From: Octopus sinensis
Taxonomy: Eukaryota
Length of the DNA: 64,000 nucleotides
Assembly (NCBI RefSeq): GCF_006345805.1
Contig: NC_043005.1
Span: 36,332,001 to 36,396,000 of the forward strand
Direction: 5' to 3'
Numbering within the stretch: position 1 is the stretch's first letter; every line of letters begins with the position of its first letter. The notes beneath the pieces were generated by a model, which did not search any database, had not been told where the DNA came from, and saw nothing but the letters and a program-made list of their open reading frames with translations. Shown here one piece after another: positions 12,721 through 25,570 of this stretch. The translations under genes and the position numbers were made by a program.

Positions 12721-13163
12721 GCCCTGATGCAGTACCAGGCAGTGGCTTTCATGGCTTCTCATCCTAACTGATTGGAAGTGTTATCAAGTACATTGTTTTG
12801 TCTTGGTATAAAAGATGGGCTACAACAAATATTCTGCGCAATAGCACAGATTTGCTTGTCAATTGTTTGACCTTTAGCAGTTGAGCATATCTCTTAGTAG
12901 CTGACAATATGTGCATCTCTGATCACGAGCAGAAGTGGTGGGGGAGCATCAGAGCCATGTGTTGAAAGGAATTCTTTAGGGTTTGGATAATTCACCTCTG
13001 AAAACATGGGTGTTTGTCTTGATACGAGATCACTATTTCGCTCACATATGATTATGATGTATGTGCTTGGTGTACTCTTATCAGACGACTAGTCATGATG
13101 AGTATACTGGGCTTTGTATATTTTACCCCTCTGTCACTTTCATGGCATACAGTGCTCTCTCAC
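12721..13163 (+). mobile_element. A element: non-coding interspersed repeat in (TAA)n; copy extending furthest 5', with an internal deletion
   Basis: Homologous in reverse to 24861-25327 and to 34851, 35257 and 38179; (TAA)n on both sides. Confidence 0.75.
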
Positions 13164-13172
13164 ACAATACTG

Positions 13173-13214
<42 letters not shown>

Positions 13215-13216
13215 GT

Positions 13217-15500
13217 AATAACATACTAGCAGAGCCAGAGACAATGCCTGAATGGCTCACGAAGGGGAAAACCATCTTAATTCCCAAATCAAATGAGACA
13301 GTAAAACCAGAAAACTACAGACTAATAACCTGTCTCCCTACAATGTACAAGGCATTTACTGCAGTGATATTGCAAAGGTTGAACAAGCACCTGGACGAAA
13401 ACAACCTGTTTCCAGAAGAGCAGAAAGGATGCCGCAAAGGCTCATATGGCTGTAAAGATCAACTAATGATTAATAAAGCCATAACTGAAGACAGCCACAG
13501 AAAGAAGAAAGGCCTCAGTATGGCCTGGATCGACTACAAAAAGGCGTTTGATAGCATCCCCCACACATGGATCCTCGAAACACTAGCCATTAACAAAGTA
13601 GCACCAACAATTATAAAATTCATAGAGCACTCTATGAATAAATGGCAAACCGTGCTACAGCTCCAAACAAAAAAGGGACTCATGAAAACCAAAGCCATCC
13701 CCATTAGAAGAGGAATATTCCAGGAGACACGCTCTCTCCACTCCTTTTCTGCTTGACACTATCACATCTATCTGATATGCTAAATAGAACTGGATGCGGA
13801 TATAAATGTTACGGCAAAACGATCAGCCACCTTTTATATATGGATGACCTAAAATTATACGCTGCAAATGACAAACAGCTGGAAACACTATTAAAGACAG
13901 TTCATGGATTTACCAAAGAAATAGATATGAAATTTGGATTAGAAAAATGCGCCAAAGTAACCATGAAAACAGGAAAACTAGTTAAGAGTAGCAGTATCAC
14001 ACTAGATAAAACCAATGAAATGAAAGAATTAGACCAAAGCCAAACTTACAAATACTTAGGAATCCATGAACTACATCATAAGACACAACACACACAAATG
14101 AAAGAGAAAATAAAAAAAGAATATTATAGACGAGTTAGATCAATACTAAAAACAGGGCTCAATGCTAAAAACAAGATAATAGGTATTAACACTTTAGCTG
14201 TCCCAGTTATAAGTTACAGCTACAATATCCTTAACTGGACACTAAATGAACTGACCAAAATAGATAGGAAAACAAGAAAAATAATGACAGGATCTAGGAT
14301 GCATCACCCAAAATCTAACATAGAAAGACTATATACACAACGTATAGAAGGTGGTAGAGGCCTTATACAGCTGGAAAACTACCATAAAATAACCACTATA
14401 GGACTGCAAAAATATCTACTTCAGAAGGAAGGAAAACTGATACAAATAGCGGCAAAACACGAGAAAAACAAAAAACTGTTCTCAGTATTTAAGGAAGCTG
14501 ACAAATACAAACAAGAAATCATACAACCTAATAAACACGAAGAAGAAGAAGAAGAAGATGAAGAAACAACAAAAGCTATAAAACAAATGAAATCCAAACT
14601 AAAAATAGAACAGCAACGAACCATGATAAGACGATGGCAAGAAAAGCCCCTTCATGGTAAATACTGGACTAAACTAAACGCAAAAGAAATAGACAAAGAA
14701 AAATCCCAGCAATGGTTGAGAAGCTCAAGACTCAAAGCAGAGACAGAGGGATTTTTAATTGCAGCACAAGACCAAAGCCTCCCCACCAGAAATTACCAAA
14801 AACCTGTAATGAAAAGAAATATAACAAGTAACTGCAGAATATGTGGAGATGGACAAGAAACAATAACTCATATTATCTCTGGCTGCCCAGTCCTGGCTAA
14901 GAAGGAATATATTCACAGACATGACAGAGTTGGAACCTACATACACTGGAAGCTATGCCAACATTATGGAATAACAACAGAAAAAAGATGGTATAGGCAC
15001 ACACCAGAAAAGGTCACAGAAAACGAGAAAGCAACCATACTCTGGGATATGCCGATACACACAGATAGAGAAATTAAGGCCAACAGACTAGATATAGTTG
15101 TCAGAGATCATGAAGAAAAAAAAATGCTTACTAATTGATGTATCAATACCGGCAGATGACAACGTGTCTCTAAAAGAAATGGAGAAACTTTCAAAATACA
15201 AAGACCTGGAAATAGAGGTAACCAGAATCTGGAATCTAAAAACGGAAACAATTCCTATCATAGTAGGTGCATTAGGCATGATAAAAAAATATTCAGACAA
15301 ATACATAACAAAAACACCAGGACTTACAAACACATATAACATACAGAAAATTGCACTACTAGGTACTGCATACATCCTACGCAGAACACTTTCCATACAA
15401 TAACCATCAGAGCTCCACAACAAATCACAGCACATACCTAAGGCACACAGAGCTGCGCTCAGTAGTGAAGTGAAAGCACGCTATAAAAATAAAACTACTG
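13217..15500 (+). mobile_element. R4/Dong-clade non-LTR retrotransposon, 5'-truncated (family D1)
   Basis: ORF pieces 13061-13756, 13753-15138 and 15098-15403: RT motifs QKGCRKG, WIDYKKAFDSIPH, YMDDLK; CCHC knuckle CRICGDGQETITHIISGC; RHD; LDIVV...IDVS...EKLSKY nuclease; short 3' UTR then (TAA)n. Dong elements are known to target TAA repeats. Confidence 0.9.
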
Positions 15501-15507
15501 AATAATG

Positions 15508-15564
<57 letters not shown>

Positions 15565-15566
<2 letters not shown>

Positions 15567-15781
15567 CCTTTCTACTGTAGGCAAAAGACCTGAAATTTTG
15601 GGGGAAGGAGATAATAGATTACATCGACCCCAGTATTCAAACGGTACTTAATTTATCGGCCCCGAATGGATGAAAGACAAAGTCGACCTCGGCAGAATTT
15701 GAATTCTTAACGTAGCGACGGGTGAAATGCCATTACGCATTTTGCCCGGCGTGCTAACGATTCTGCCAACTCACTGCCTTC

Positions 15782-15846
<65 letters not shown>

Positions 15847-16020
15847 CCTTTCTCCTAAAGCACACAATGCCTGAAATTTGGGGGAGGGAACTAGTCGATT
15901 ATAACGACCCCACTGTTTCACTGGTACTTAGTTTATCAGCACTGAAATGTACAGACAGACGAAGTACCGTTAAGCATTTTGTCAGGCATGCTATCGATTC
16001 TGCTAGCTAATTGCCTTTAA
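15565..16020 (-). mobile_element. Two S2 SINE copies with (TTA)n tails
   Basis: Heads gaaggcagtgagttggcagaatcg; 3' ends agaaaggatt running into (ATT)n. Confidence 0.8.
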
Positions 16021-16605
16021 TGATTTCAAATTTTGCCGCACGGGCAGCAATTTTCGGAGAGAGGGTGAGTCCATTACATCGACCCCAGTGCTCAACTGCT
16101 ACTTAGTTTATCTACTTCGAAAAGGATGAAAGGCAAAGTTGACCTCGGGGGAATTTGAACTCAGAACGTAGCGGCAGACGAAATACCTATTTCTTTACTA
16201 CCGACAAGGTGCTAGACACAGAAGGGACAAACAAGGACAGACAAAAGGATTAAGTCGATTATATCGACCCCAGTGCGTAACTGGTACTTATTTAATTGAC
16301 CCCGAAAGGATGAAAGGCAAAGTCGACCACGACGGAATTTGAACTCAGAACGTAGCGGCAGACGAAATACCTATTTCTTTACTACCCACAAGGGGCTAAA
16401 CACAGAGGGGACAAACAAGGAAAGACAAACGGATTAAGTCGATTATATCGACCCCAGTGCGTAACTGGTACTTATTTAATTGACCCCGAAAGGATGAACG
16501 GCAAAGTCGACCTTGGAGGAACTTGAGCTCAGAACGTAACGGCAGACGAAATACCGCTAAGCATTTCACTCGGCGTGGTAACGATTCTGCCAGCTCGCCG
16601 CCTTC

Positions 16606-16606
<1 letters not shown>
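16021..16606 (-). mobile_element. S2 SINE tandem trimer, 184-bp period
   Basis: Junction gacgaaatacc|tatttctttactacc at 16188 and 16372; only the last unit has the full head gaaggcggcgagctggcagaatcg. Confidence 0.85.
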
Positions 16607-16657
<51 letters not shown>

Positions 16658-17417
16658 TGATGATAATACCAAAATACTAAGAGAGCGCAAACCTCCCCCA
16701 AGGTAACAACAACGATTAGCCAGATAGGACTTTTAAAATGAGAATATATGTAATAAACTCGACTGCTCTCACGAAGGAGAATACTAAATACGAACCCGAC
16801 CTCTCTCAAAAATTAAGTAAAAAGACCGGACAATAATCCAGAATCCTTGCTCGTTATCGGATCGATACCAAGATCTAATCAGTTTCTGTCAGTCATAAGG
16901 CCAAACATCCTTGAAAATTTCTTCCGAATCTATCCAGCGGTTCTTGAGATATCTTGTCCACGGACAAACAAACAAGCACGACTGATAACAATACCTCCAT
17001 CATATTAGGTACGATGCTAGTAATTTTGAGGTGAGGGGTATTAGTTGGTACCATAAACGCATGTATTTCCCTGTTACTTTATTTTATCGATGCTGAAAGA
17101 ATCTGAATTGAAAATGTAAAGCTATAAAGAGTTGGAACAAATAGAGCAAGGTCATTTTTCTAACTCTCCAACGATTCTGCCAGCTCACTGCCTTCAGTTT
17201 TTGGTATAAAGCCAGGAAATTTGAAGAAGATGTGGTTAGTTGATTATATTCCCCTTAATAATTGATTAGAACTTCATTTTCAAATTCCTCCGAGGTCGAC
17301 TCTGCTTTTCATCTTTCTTGGGTCGATAAAATAGATACCCGTTGATCACTGGGGTCGATGTTATTAAATAACTCCTAACTCGAACTTGCTGGCCCGGTAC
17401 CAAAATTTGAAATATTA

Positions 17418-17558
17418 TAAGGTTGTCCCAAAAGTTCGTAGAAAGTCTTGGAAAATAATGGTCTTTATTTTGAGGAATAATTTTTGTTGTTTTTGTTAGT
17501 ACTTGGCGAGTAAAAATTCAATTTTCGCAAGTGTTTACGAACTTTTGGGACAACCTAA
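17418..17558. mobile_element. Mariner-type MITE, 141 bp, TA target duplication
   Basis: Terminal inverted repeats taaggttgtcccaaaagttcgta / tacgaacttttgggacaacctaa, flanked by TA. Confidence 0.85.
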
Positions 17559-19904
17559 TATTATCATATTATTGACAGAATCTTTAGCACGCTGGGCAAA
17601 AAGCTAAGTGGTATTTCTCCCGTTCTTGAGTTCAAATTCGACCCCAGTGTTTAAGGTGCAAGTGTAGTTGCGAGTGAACAAAAAAAAAAACAAAAAAAAA
17701 CATTTTCGTCCTGCCCTTCTCCCAGCAGAACATCAAAGATGTTACACACGGGGAATAAAAAAGAGGGTCAAAGCAGCACTCGACTAGTATTCCTATTCAA
17801 CCAAAAATATTTGAACAACATAAAATGAAGCGTTCACCATACGTTCTAGAAATTGAACTCATGACCATATGAACATGAGCTTAACCACAATTCCTTGCGC
17901 TTTCTACGCAATACACAGAGTTAAACGCAGGTACAATTAGTCTTCTAGATTAGAGATAGAATCTCTTATTGTTCTGAGGAAATGGGTAGCCCCAGTACGT
18001 TGGCATGTGTCGATAGTGCTTCAGCTTAGTTTAGTGGCAATTACTTGTTGTTACCAGTATTTATCTTTGGTTGCCATTAATCACTTTTTTCTTTTAGTTA
18101 TTTCAATCAATTCTATCTATTATTTCATCATTGAATTATTTCTTTCATTAATTAATTTCTAACAGTTTGAATCACATTATACATTGTTATTATTTCTTTT
18201 AGGCTTTCTAAAAATTCATTCTTTTCTCGTGTTTCTGCCCCCTTCTCCTATTCCACTAGTTAATGTTCGACTTGTGATTTAATTGGCTAATTGTATTATC
18301 AGCTGTTTGAATTTTGCTTCTCACTGGTTATTGTATAATTTAATAGTTTCGTTAATTTTGTTCAGTATTTAATGGCGGCTGATTCATTTAATAGAGGAAT
18401 CAATTCAACAACTTGTCTGCAAATTTCGCTTTTATTGTTTTCACAGATTTCTGTTTAGAAGATATTTTCTTCCAGGATCACCTCATGAAAAAATAAATGC
18501 TTGTATTTGTGTTTCGGAATATTTAAATGTCCACCCATTACCCTGGGATAGAACTAAAGCTTTGTCCTTGAAACTTTTTGTTGGATACCAATATATTCCG
18601 AACAGCAATTAAGACTTGGTTTATTAGCAAGCGGTTCAATATGGAGGAAAAGGAGAAGATGCTGGAAACTAAGCAAAAGCAAAAAGGATTCCATTCTTTA
18701 AAACAACAGATTAAAATATATAAGCAAACAGATATAAACACAACACAATGAAACTAAACGGAGATATGTATAAGTACAAACTTTCCAATGAGACAAGTGA
18801 AAACACAACAGCAGCAGCTGGCCACGAACAATTGCGCCTTCTAGGGTGCAAGAAGGTGGAGCTACATGAAACGATAGCTCCTGTTCTTACAGTTGTAGAG
18901 GGTAGAAAGGGTCCCTCTATAATGAAGGAGAGGGACCCTTTCTACCTACCAAAAAACTGCCGCTCCATACCATTACTTTGCGACACTAAAAGAGATGGTA
19001 ACTGAGTAAGAAAAACTGTTGGAGACGGTAAGGGAGGTAAGGAACAGTAAAAAATGTTTCTCTGGAAAATGATCTTACCTCAAGAAAGCATATAAAGTGT
19101 ATGAGAAGGAACCTTCTTCTCATCGGAATTGTATGAAACACCCGGTTATTGGCACAAAAGCGAAAAACTGATCAAATTAGAGAATGAACAAAGGAGACGG
19201 TGGAAGAGAAGGTCTCCGATTATTGTGACATATTCGACTGGCAGACCTGCTAAAGTCCAAATTGATAATCTGTGAACAACTACTTATCTATGTATCTCGA
19301 TGTCGAATGTTCCTTGTTTATCTAACGCTACCTTGGCACATTCAATATCACATACGAAACAAGTAGTAAATGTTTTGAGGTTATTTGATTCATCTTAGCT
19401 GAGAGGTTCCCACGTGTGTGAGGATGGATTATGCAAATTGCTTTTCATGTATTTAAATTGTATTTTACTTGTTTTCATTATTGTGCTTCTATAAATAATC
19501 TTATCTTTTACCTTTTAATTGTTTCAGTCATTAAGCTACGGCCATGATGGGACATTGTCTCGAGTAATTTTAGTCGAATGAATCGACACCAGTACTTATA
19601 TTTTGTAAAGCCAAGTACTTGTTTTATCGGTCACTTTTTCCCGAACCACTATGTCTTTTGTACAGCGACCTTTTCCCAACAATTTTTAATGTATTACTTA
19701 TTTCCCCACTCGTCTGTAAAGCGTATCATTTTATCTATTGTTCGTGTGGTCCCTTGTTGCCATATAAAGTGCTCTTATCAATCTCGCTTTCTAGTGTTTC
19801 GGGGTCGATAAAATAAAGTACCAGCTTAGTGTGGAAATCGATGGTATCAACTTGCCCCTCCTACTAAAACTGCTTGCCTCGTACCAAAATTAGAAAAAAA
19901 TATT

Positions 19905-20330
19905 TCAAAAGGTAGCGAGATAACAAAATCGATAAGATGTTGGACAAGATGCTTCTGGTTCTTTAAGTTCGGAGTTCAAATCTCGCGTAGGTTAACTTCA
20001 TCATTCATCCTTTCGGAGTCGATAAAATAAGTATTAGGCGATTAATGAGGTCGGTTGAATCAACGTGCCCTCACACGTCAATATTACTGGTCTGTGCTCT
20101 AATTAGAAACAATTATTAAAGGCGGCCATCTGGCAGAGTCGTTAGTACGTTGGACAAAATGCTTAACGGAATTTCTTCTGGTTCTTTACCTGCTGATTGC
20201 AGAGATCGCTGAATTCGACTTTACCTTTTATTCTTTGGAAAGCGATAAGATAACGTCCCAGTTTAGCTCTGGGTTCAAATTAAATGATTCGTCCCTACCC
20301 TCAGAATCACTGGCCTGACCTCAAATTCAA
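19905..20330 (+). mobile_element. Two head-to-tail S2 SINE copies
   Basis: Heads aaggtagcgagataacaaaatcg and aaggcggccatctggcagagtcg; core catcctttcggagtcgataaaataag. Confidence 0.75.
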
Positions 20331-20343
20331 AACTACAACTACT

Positions 20344-20667
20344 TAAAAGACTCCGCCGGTTACGACGACGAGGGTCCCAGCTGATACGATCAACGGAACA
20401 GCTTGCTCGTGAAATTAACGTGCAAATGGCTGAGCATTCCACAGACACGTGTACCCTTAACGTAGTTCTCGGGGATAATCAGCGTGACACAGAGAGTGAC
20501 AAGGCTGACCCTTTGAAATACAAGTAAAACTCATTTTTGCCAGCTGAGTGGACTGGAGCAACGTGAAATAAAGTGTCTTGCTCAAGGACACAACGCGTCG
20601 CCGGGAATCGAACTCACAACCTTACGATCATGAGCCGAATGCCCTAACCACTAAGCCACGCGCCCTC
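20344..20667 (-). mobile_element. tRNA-derived SINE, family S3, full length with 12-bp TSD
   Basis: Head gagggcgcgtggcttagtggttaggg...gagttcgattccc, then gtgtccttgagcaagacactt; TSD actacaactact at 20332-20343 and 20668-20679. Confidence 0.9.
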
Positions 20668-21289
20668 ACTACAACTACTACTAGTAGTTGTAGTTGTAAT
20701 AGTTGTCGCTGATGACTGAGACAGACGTTGCTGTCAAGTCTCCTTTCGACAGAGGATAGTTATTGCATTGAGGAGACATTTTACTAATCTTATTCGCATG
20801 TAGAAAGCTTGGTCTCTATTTATACATCGTTGGAAAACAAACAAACGAAAAAATTAATAAAGTATGCTATTTCTAAGACAATTTTTTTATTGTTTATATT
20901 TTTTCATACTGTATACAAAAACAGCTGCAAAAATTCCGAGCCACACCATTAGAAAGAAAAAAATCTAGCCACGACTGTCACAGAGAGATCATACACAATG
21001 AAGATCAGGTAAATATATAACTGAAACATAAAGTTTCCTAAAGCTAAAAAGTAAAAAAAAGACAGTAACAATTCTACTGAGTACACCGCTTCTAGAAAGA
21101 AAGCGAGAATCTATTTTTTGTCTGCAGATGACAATGGCACATAAATGAATATTTCTAGCGTTAAAAGCCGGCTAAAGAAGGGAGATCTCGAAAAGAAGAT
21201 TAACCCTAATAAAGAGCACATAAAAGTGTTATGAGGCTCCCTTTACTTAGGAAAATGTCACGAGGTTCAAACTTGAGTGAGTGGTTAGC

Positions 21290-21410
21290 GATGAGGCACT
21301 ACGTATCTCTATCTAAGCATACTACAAATTTATGTGAAATGCTTTCGAAGATGAGAATTGTAAAATCTGTGGGATGCAGAATATTACAAAAATCTTGGAT
21401 GGTAGGGGTT
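21290..21410 (+). pseudogene. Possible relic of a restriction-like-endonuclease LINE zinc knuckle
   Basis: TTNL, then in another frame EDENCKICG...KIL, resembling PTNL..W..EDP.C..CG...HIL; heavily degraded. Confidence 0.3.
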
Positions 21411-21542
21411 CCTCGATCAGTTCTAGAGGTCTTCTTGTATCATTCCTAAGGTTGACCCTCCAGTTCGTGGCCAAAGCTTTTTTTTTTAGGGTTTCTTTCA
21501 TCAGCCATTCTCACCTATTTTTCCAGCAACTTCCGTTGTGAC

Positions 21543-21960
21543 TATACGGAGTCTGATCAATAAGTATGAGGACTGCTGCCATTGTAACGAAGCTAAAGCA
21601 CGCATAGTACAGCCGCTTTGGCACAGATTGACCTTGAACTATACTGTGAATGCACACAAAGCTTTAACGTTTCAACTCACTTCAGTTGTTTACAGCAGTG
21701 CTTGGAAGTAACGTGTGTAGCGTGTGATCGTCGCATTGACCATGAAAGGCAAAGTTATCATGGCGCTACCTGCTCAGGGGCCTACGCAAACTTGCAGAAA
21801 TTGTATGGAGAAAAAAATGTATGGGCCGCACACAAGTGTACGAGGTGTTAAGAAGTTTCCAAGATAGCTGAAAAATGTCGATATTGACGAACGTTCTAGG
21901 AGGACTGCAACCAGAAGAACTGAAAAGAATATCGCAGCTGTGAGGGGAAATCATCGAAAT
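21543..21960 (+). mobile_element. Mariner 5' fragment
   Basis: TIR-like tacggagtctgatcaataagta; frameshifted HTH NLQKLYGEK...RTQVYE...DERS..T. Confidence 0.6.
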
Positions 21961-22019
21961 ACCAGCTGTGAGTTACCAGAGGATGTGCACTGCTTTCACT
22001 CGGGTTTCATTTGCACAAG

Positions 22020-24705
22020 ATATAGTACAGTGCTTTATTTTTGCAATCTTCCATCTTTCACAATCCTGACATTCTTACTTCCAATAATAGCGGTTCTGTG
22101 ACATTTTTTACATACTACGCTATGTTGTTTTCTTCTGCTCTAATGCTGTGTTTGCATCCAAAAAGCCCTCTTACGCCTCTTTTTCTTGGTACGTACAGTC
22201 TGTGTCAATTTTGGGGTGGAGCATACCATATCTAGTCAGCATCTTCCTTGTCTTTCTGCCTAAGCTGTTTAGTTCGACTACTGTCCGTGCGATTACCCCT
22301 GCTCTATAACTTATTCCGTCCATTTAATTTCCATTTAAGGATCAGTCTCTGTCTGCGCAAGTACTCCACCTTCTTATTTCTTTCTCCATCAATTTACTCA
22401 TTTCCAGTATCCCCAAGTACTTATAGCCCGTCGCTTCCATCTGCTTCACCCCCCCCCCCGACGGTATCGATAGCCCGTCCATACATTTGATTTTGCCTCT
22501 CTTCAAGACTAACACACCACACTTTTTCAGCCCGAACTCCATTCTGATATCAGCACTGAAAGTATACACCTTATCAACGAGGGAACTGACATGGGATTCA
22601 TCTGTACCATAAAGTTTGAGGTCATCCATGAATAACAAGTGGTTGACTTTTTGTTTGTGGCTCTTGAATACATGCATAATCTTTACTTTCCTCAGAACCA
22701 GTGTTCGTGGTATCATACACAGTACAAAGATCAGTGAGGACTGGCAGTCCCTTTGGAAGAAGCCTCTTCTGATTTCTATTGTCCCTAATCTTCTTCCATA
22801 TGCTGTCAGTTCCGTCCTCCACTTCGCCATACTTTTTCCAAGCAATCGCTCAACATTCGATGCAATACCAAATTGGTTCATACATTCCATAATCCAAGAA
22901 TATGGGGTCATATCGTACGCCTTACGATAATCGATCCCTGACATGTTAGTTTTCCCCTTCTTGTAGTCTCTAAGTACAGTTTTGTCTATCAGGAGTTGAT
23001 CCTTGGTACCTCTGCACTTACGCTTGCAACCCTTCTGGTCATGTGGCAGGATTCCATTTTTTTAAAGATGTTCGTACATTGACTCTGCGAGTATTCCAGT
23101 CAATAACTTCCACATAAGTGGCAAATAGGATATCGGCCTGTAATTGTCTACCGTATTGCCTTTTTCGATGTTTTCTCAAGCACAGTACTGTCCTACCCAT
23201 TCTCAACCACTCTAGTGTTACTGGGTCGGCATTTAAAATGGTGTTTTAGTTGCGCAGCTATTCGTGCATGACATTAACCAAATCTTTTGATCCAGTAGCC
23301 TTGAGCACCATCTGGTCCCGGGGCCTTCCAGTTGCCCATTTTTTCTATTAATTGCATTCACTTCCCTAACTGAAATGACTAGTTTTGCCTGTTTTGGGCA
23401 AGCTACTGTTTGTTTCAGTTCTTGCAACCATTCCGCGTCCTTTTTGTGCTCCTTGTCATTGCTCTAGATGTCATTCCCAAACCTTTGACTTTCAATGTTA
23501 TCTAGTATCAAATTTTCACCTGTACGCTATCCATTTATTTTTTTGTAGAATTCTCTCTGATCTACTTTGAATAATCTATTCTGCCGGAATCCCTTCGTTC
23601 TTTGGTCGTACCTTACCATCTTTACCTTCTTTGCAACGAGGTGCAATTTCAGTTCCTCCATTACCACTTTCAGGACCTTTTTTCAATATCATGCTTCCTT
23701 TTCAGTGCTCTTTTTGTTCGCATTAAAGCTCCCCCTTCTCTTTTTCGATATAACACAGAAATATCCTTCGAGAGCATATCTAACCGCACCTGTATTCTTC
23801 TTTTCCACCATGGATATTTTCTTTTGTTATTCCCATTATATTTATTTTTCTTGACAGCAACACCCACATTTTCCACTCTAACAACACTTGCTGCCTTGAT
23901 CAAATTATTTGTTTCTGTGATTTTTTTGATCTGATGTATTTCAGTATTTCATTGACATTTTTCGTCTCTTGGTTCAATTGCCACCCATCAACCTTTTTAA
24001 CACTACAAATAATGTCGCTATCGTTCTCCTGTAGTTTTGCTTTCATTCTGTCGTAGATTGCCTTTTGCCCATCTGTCATGTCACTATTACTTATATAGTC
24101 TTCTTCCAGACCCTCTATGTGTCTCTCATCGAACAAGCTATCACTGTTCCTTTCCTGTCGTTTACAAGAGATCTCACTTCTGTTTTCTGCTAAGAGATTA
24201 CTTTTATCAGTAAGAACTGTATTTTCATCGTTTCCTCTGCAGCTGTTTTTCAATACCCGTCTTTTGATAGCTTCGATCTCTACTTCTGTGAATCAATGAT
24301 TTTTTCTTATTGCCCTGGCTTGACCATATAATCCCTATTCGTGAGTTGAAATAATCCTCTTTCTCCCCATTGATCATACCTACGTTATCGATATCCCCTA
24401 ATATGAACACCATTTTCGTCTACAGGGTTGCTCAGAGTAATAACACTCCATGGCCATAGCATTGACTTGTTTGTTCCATCTACGCCATGTGTGCTGGTCC
24501 CTTGCTGGATTAACAATAGGCTGGAGTCGGACCAGTATCCCTGAGCCTGCCGGATGCAACACTGTCACCATCAAGCGCTTCAGTTATTCACAATATTTTG
24601 TTTTTCATTGTCACTCATATGAGGTAGAGATTATCAGGTTGCGCAATTACCAGTGTTTTTATTGTGACACCATCAATCAGAACATGGGGAGATTCCAATC
24701 GCTTC
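22020..24705 (-). mobile_element. Second, older R4/Dong-clade LINE (family D2), 5' part retained, 3' part missing
   Basis: RT IDYRKAYDM...IRRGFFQ...HLLFMDDLKLYG (22342-22944); LHPKIDTD.LYVPRKRG near 22200; N-terminal RRWNKQVNAMAMECYY (24437-24484) and QARAIRKN (about 24300-24325); (TAA)n at the 5' end. Confidence 0.8.
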
Positions 24706-24815
24706 CTTTCATTATTATTATTATTATTATCATCACTAATGTTATTATTTTCATTTTTTTACTATTTGTCATTGTTAATATTTCCTCTGATGCGATATGA
24801 ATTTTGGCTTAATTA

Positions 24816-24859
<44 letters not shown>

Positions 24860-24860
24860 G

Positions 24861-25320
24861 AGTGAAAGAGCAGTTCATGCCATCAAAGTGACACTGGGGT
24901 AAAATATACGAAGCCCTTTATACCCATCATGACTACCCGTCTGATAAGGGTACGCCAGACACATGCATCACAACCATATGTGCGCGACATAGTGATCTCA
25001 TATCAAGGTAAACAGCGCATGACCTTGCAGGTAAGGCCCAGTTAGAATTTTCTTCAGGTCGAGTAGCCCATCCCGCTCAAAAGGTCCCTGAATAAGGGTT
25101 GTTTAAGGATGTTGAAAGAACCACCCATGTTTCCAGAGGTGAATTATTCAAACCCCAAAGAATCCCTCTCAACACATGGCTATGATGCTCCCCCACTACT
25201 TCTGCTCGTGATCAGAGATGCACATATCGTCAGCCACTAAGGGACATGCTCAACTGGTTAAGGTCAAACAACTGACAAGCAAATCTGTGGTATTGAGCAG
25301 AATATTTGCTGTAGCCCATC

Positions 25321-25327
<7 letters not shown>
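24861..25327 (-). mobile_element. A element, 5'-truncated copy in (TAA)n
   Basis: Reverse-complement match to 12805-13163 with extra internal sequence; both flanks are (TTA)n. Confidence 0.8.
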
Positions 25328-25356
<29 letters not shown>

Positions 25357-25357
25357 G

Positions 25358-25446
<89 letters not shown>

Positions 25447-25488
25447 TTATTATTATCATTATTATTACTATCATTATTATTATTATCA

Positions 25489-25567
<79 letters not shown>

Positions 25568-25570
25568 TCC
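25325..25570. repeat. Long (TTA)n array
   Basis: Direct reading. Confidence 0.95.

Noticed and set aside
12721-12780. HDV-like or hammerhead ribozyme at the A element 5' end
   Set aside because: P2- and P3-like pairings can be drawn, but there is no GG/P4 segment and L3 fits poorly; ctgatgc has no matching GAAA.
16021-16606. CRISPR-like repeat array
   Set aside because: Whole 184-bp units repeat with no unique spacers; eukaryotic SINE sequence.
18750-19210. Possible CR1 C-terminal remnant (KLENEQRR)
   Set aside because: Similarity is too short to support a call.
20595-20667. Possible tRNA-Met gene (CAT loop)
   Set aside because: Acceptor and anticodon stems pair poorly, and it continues into a SINE body bounded by a TSD.
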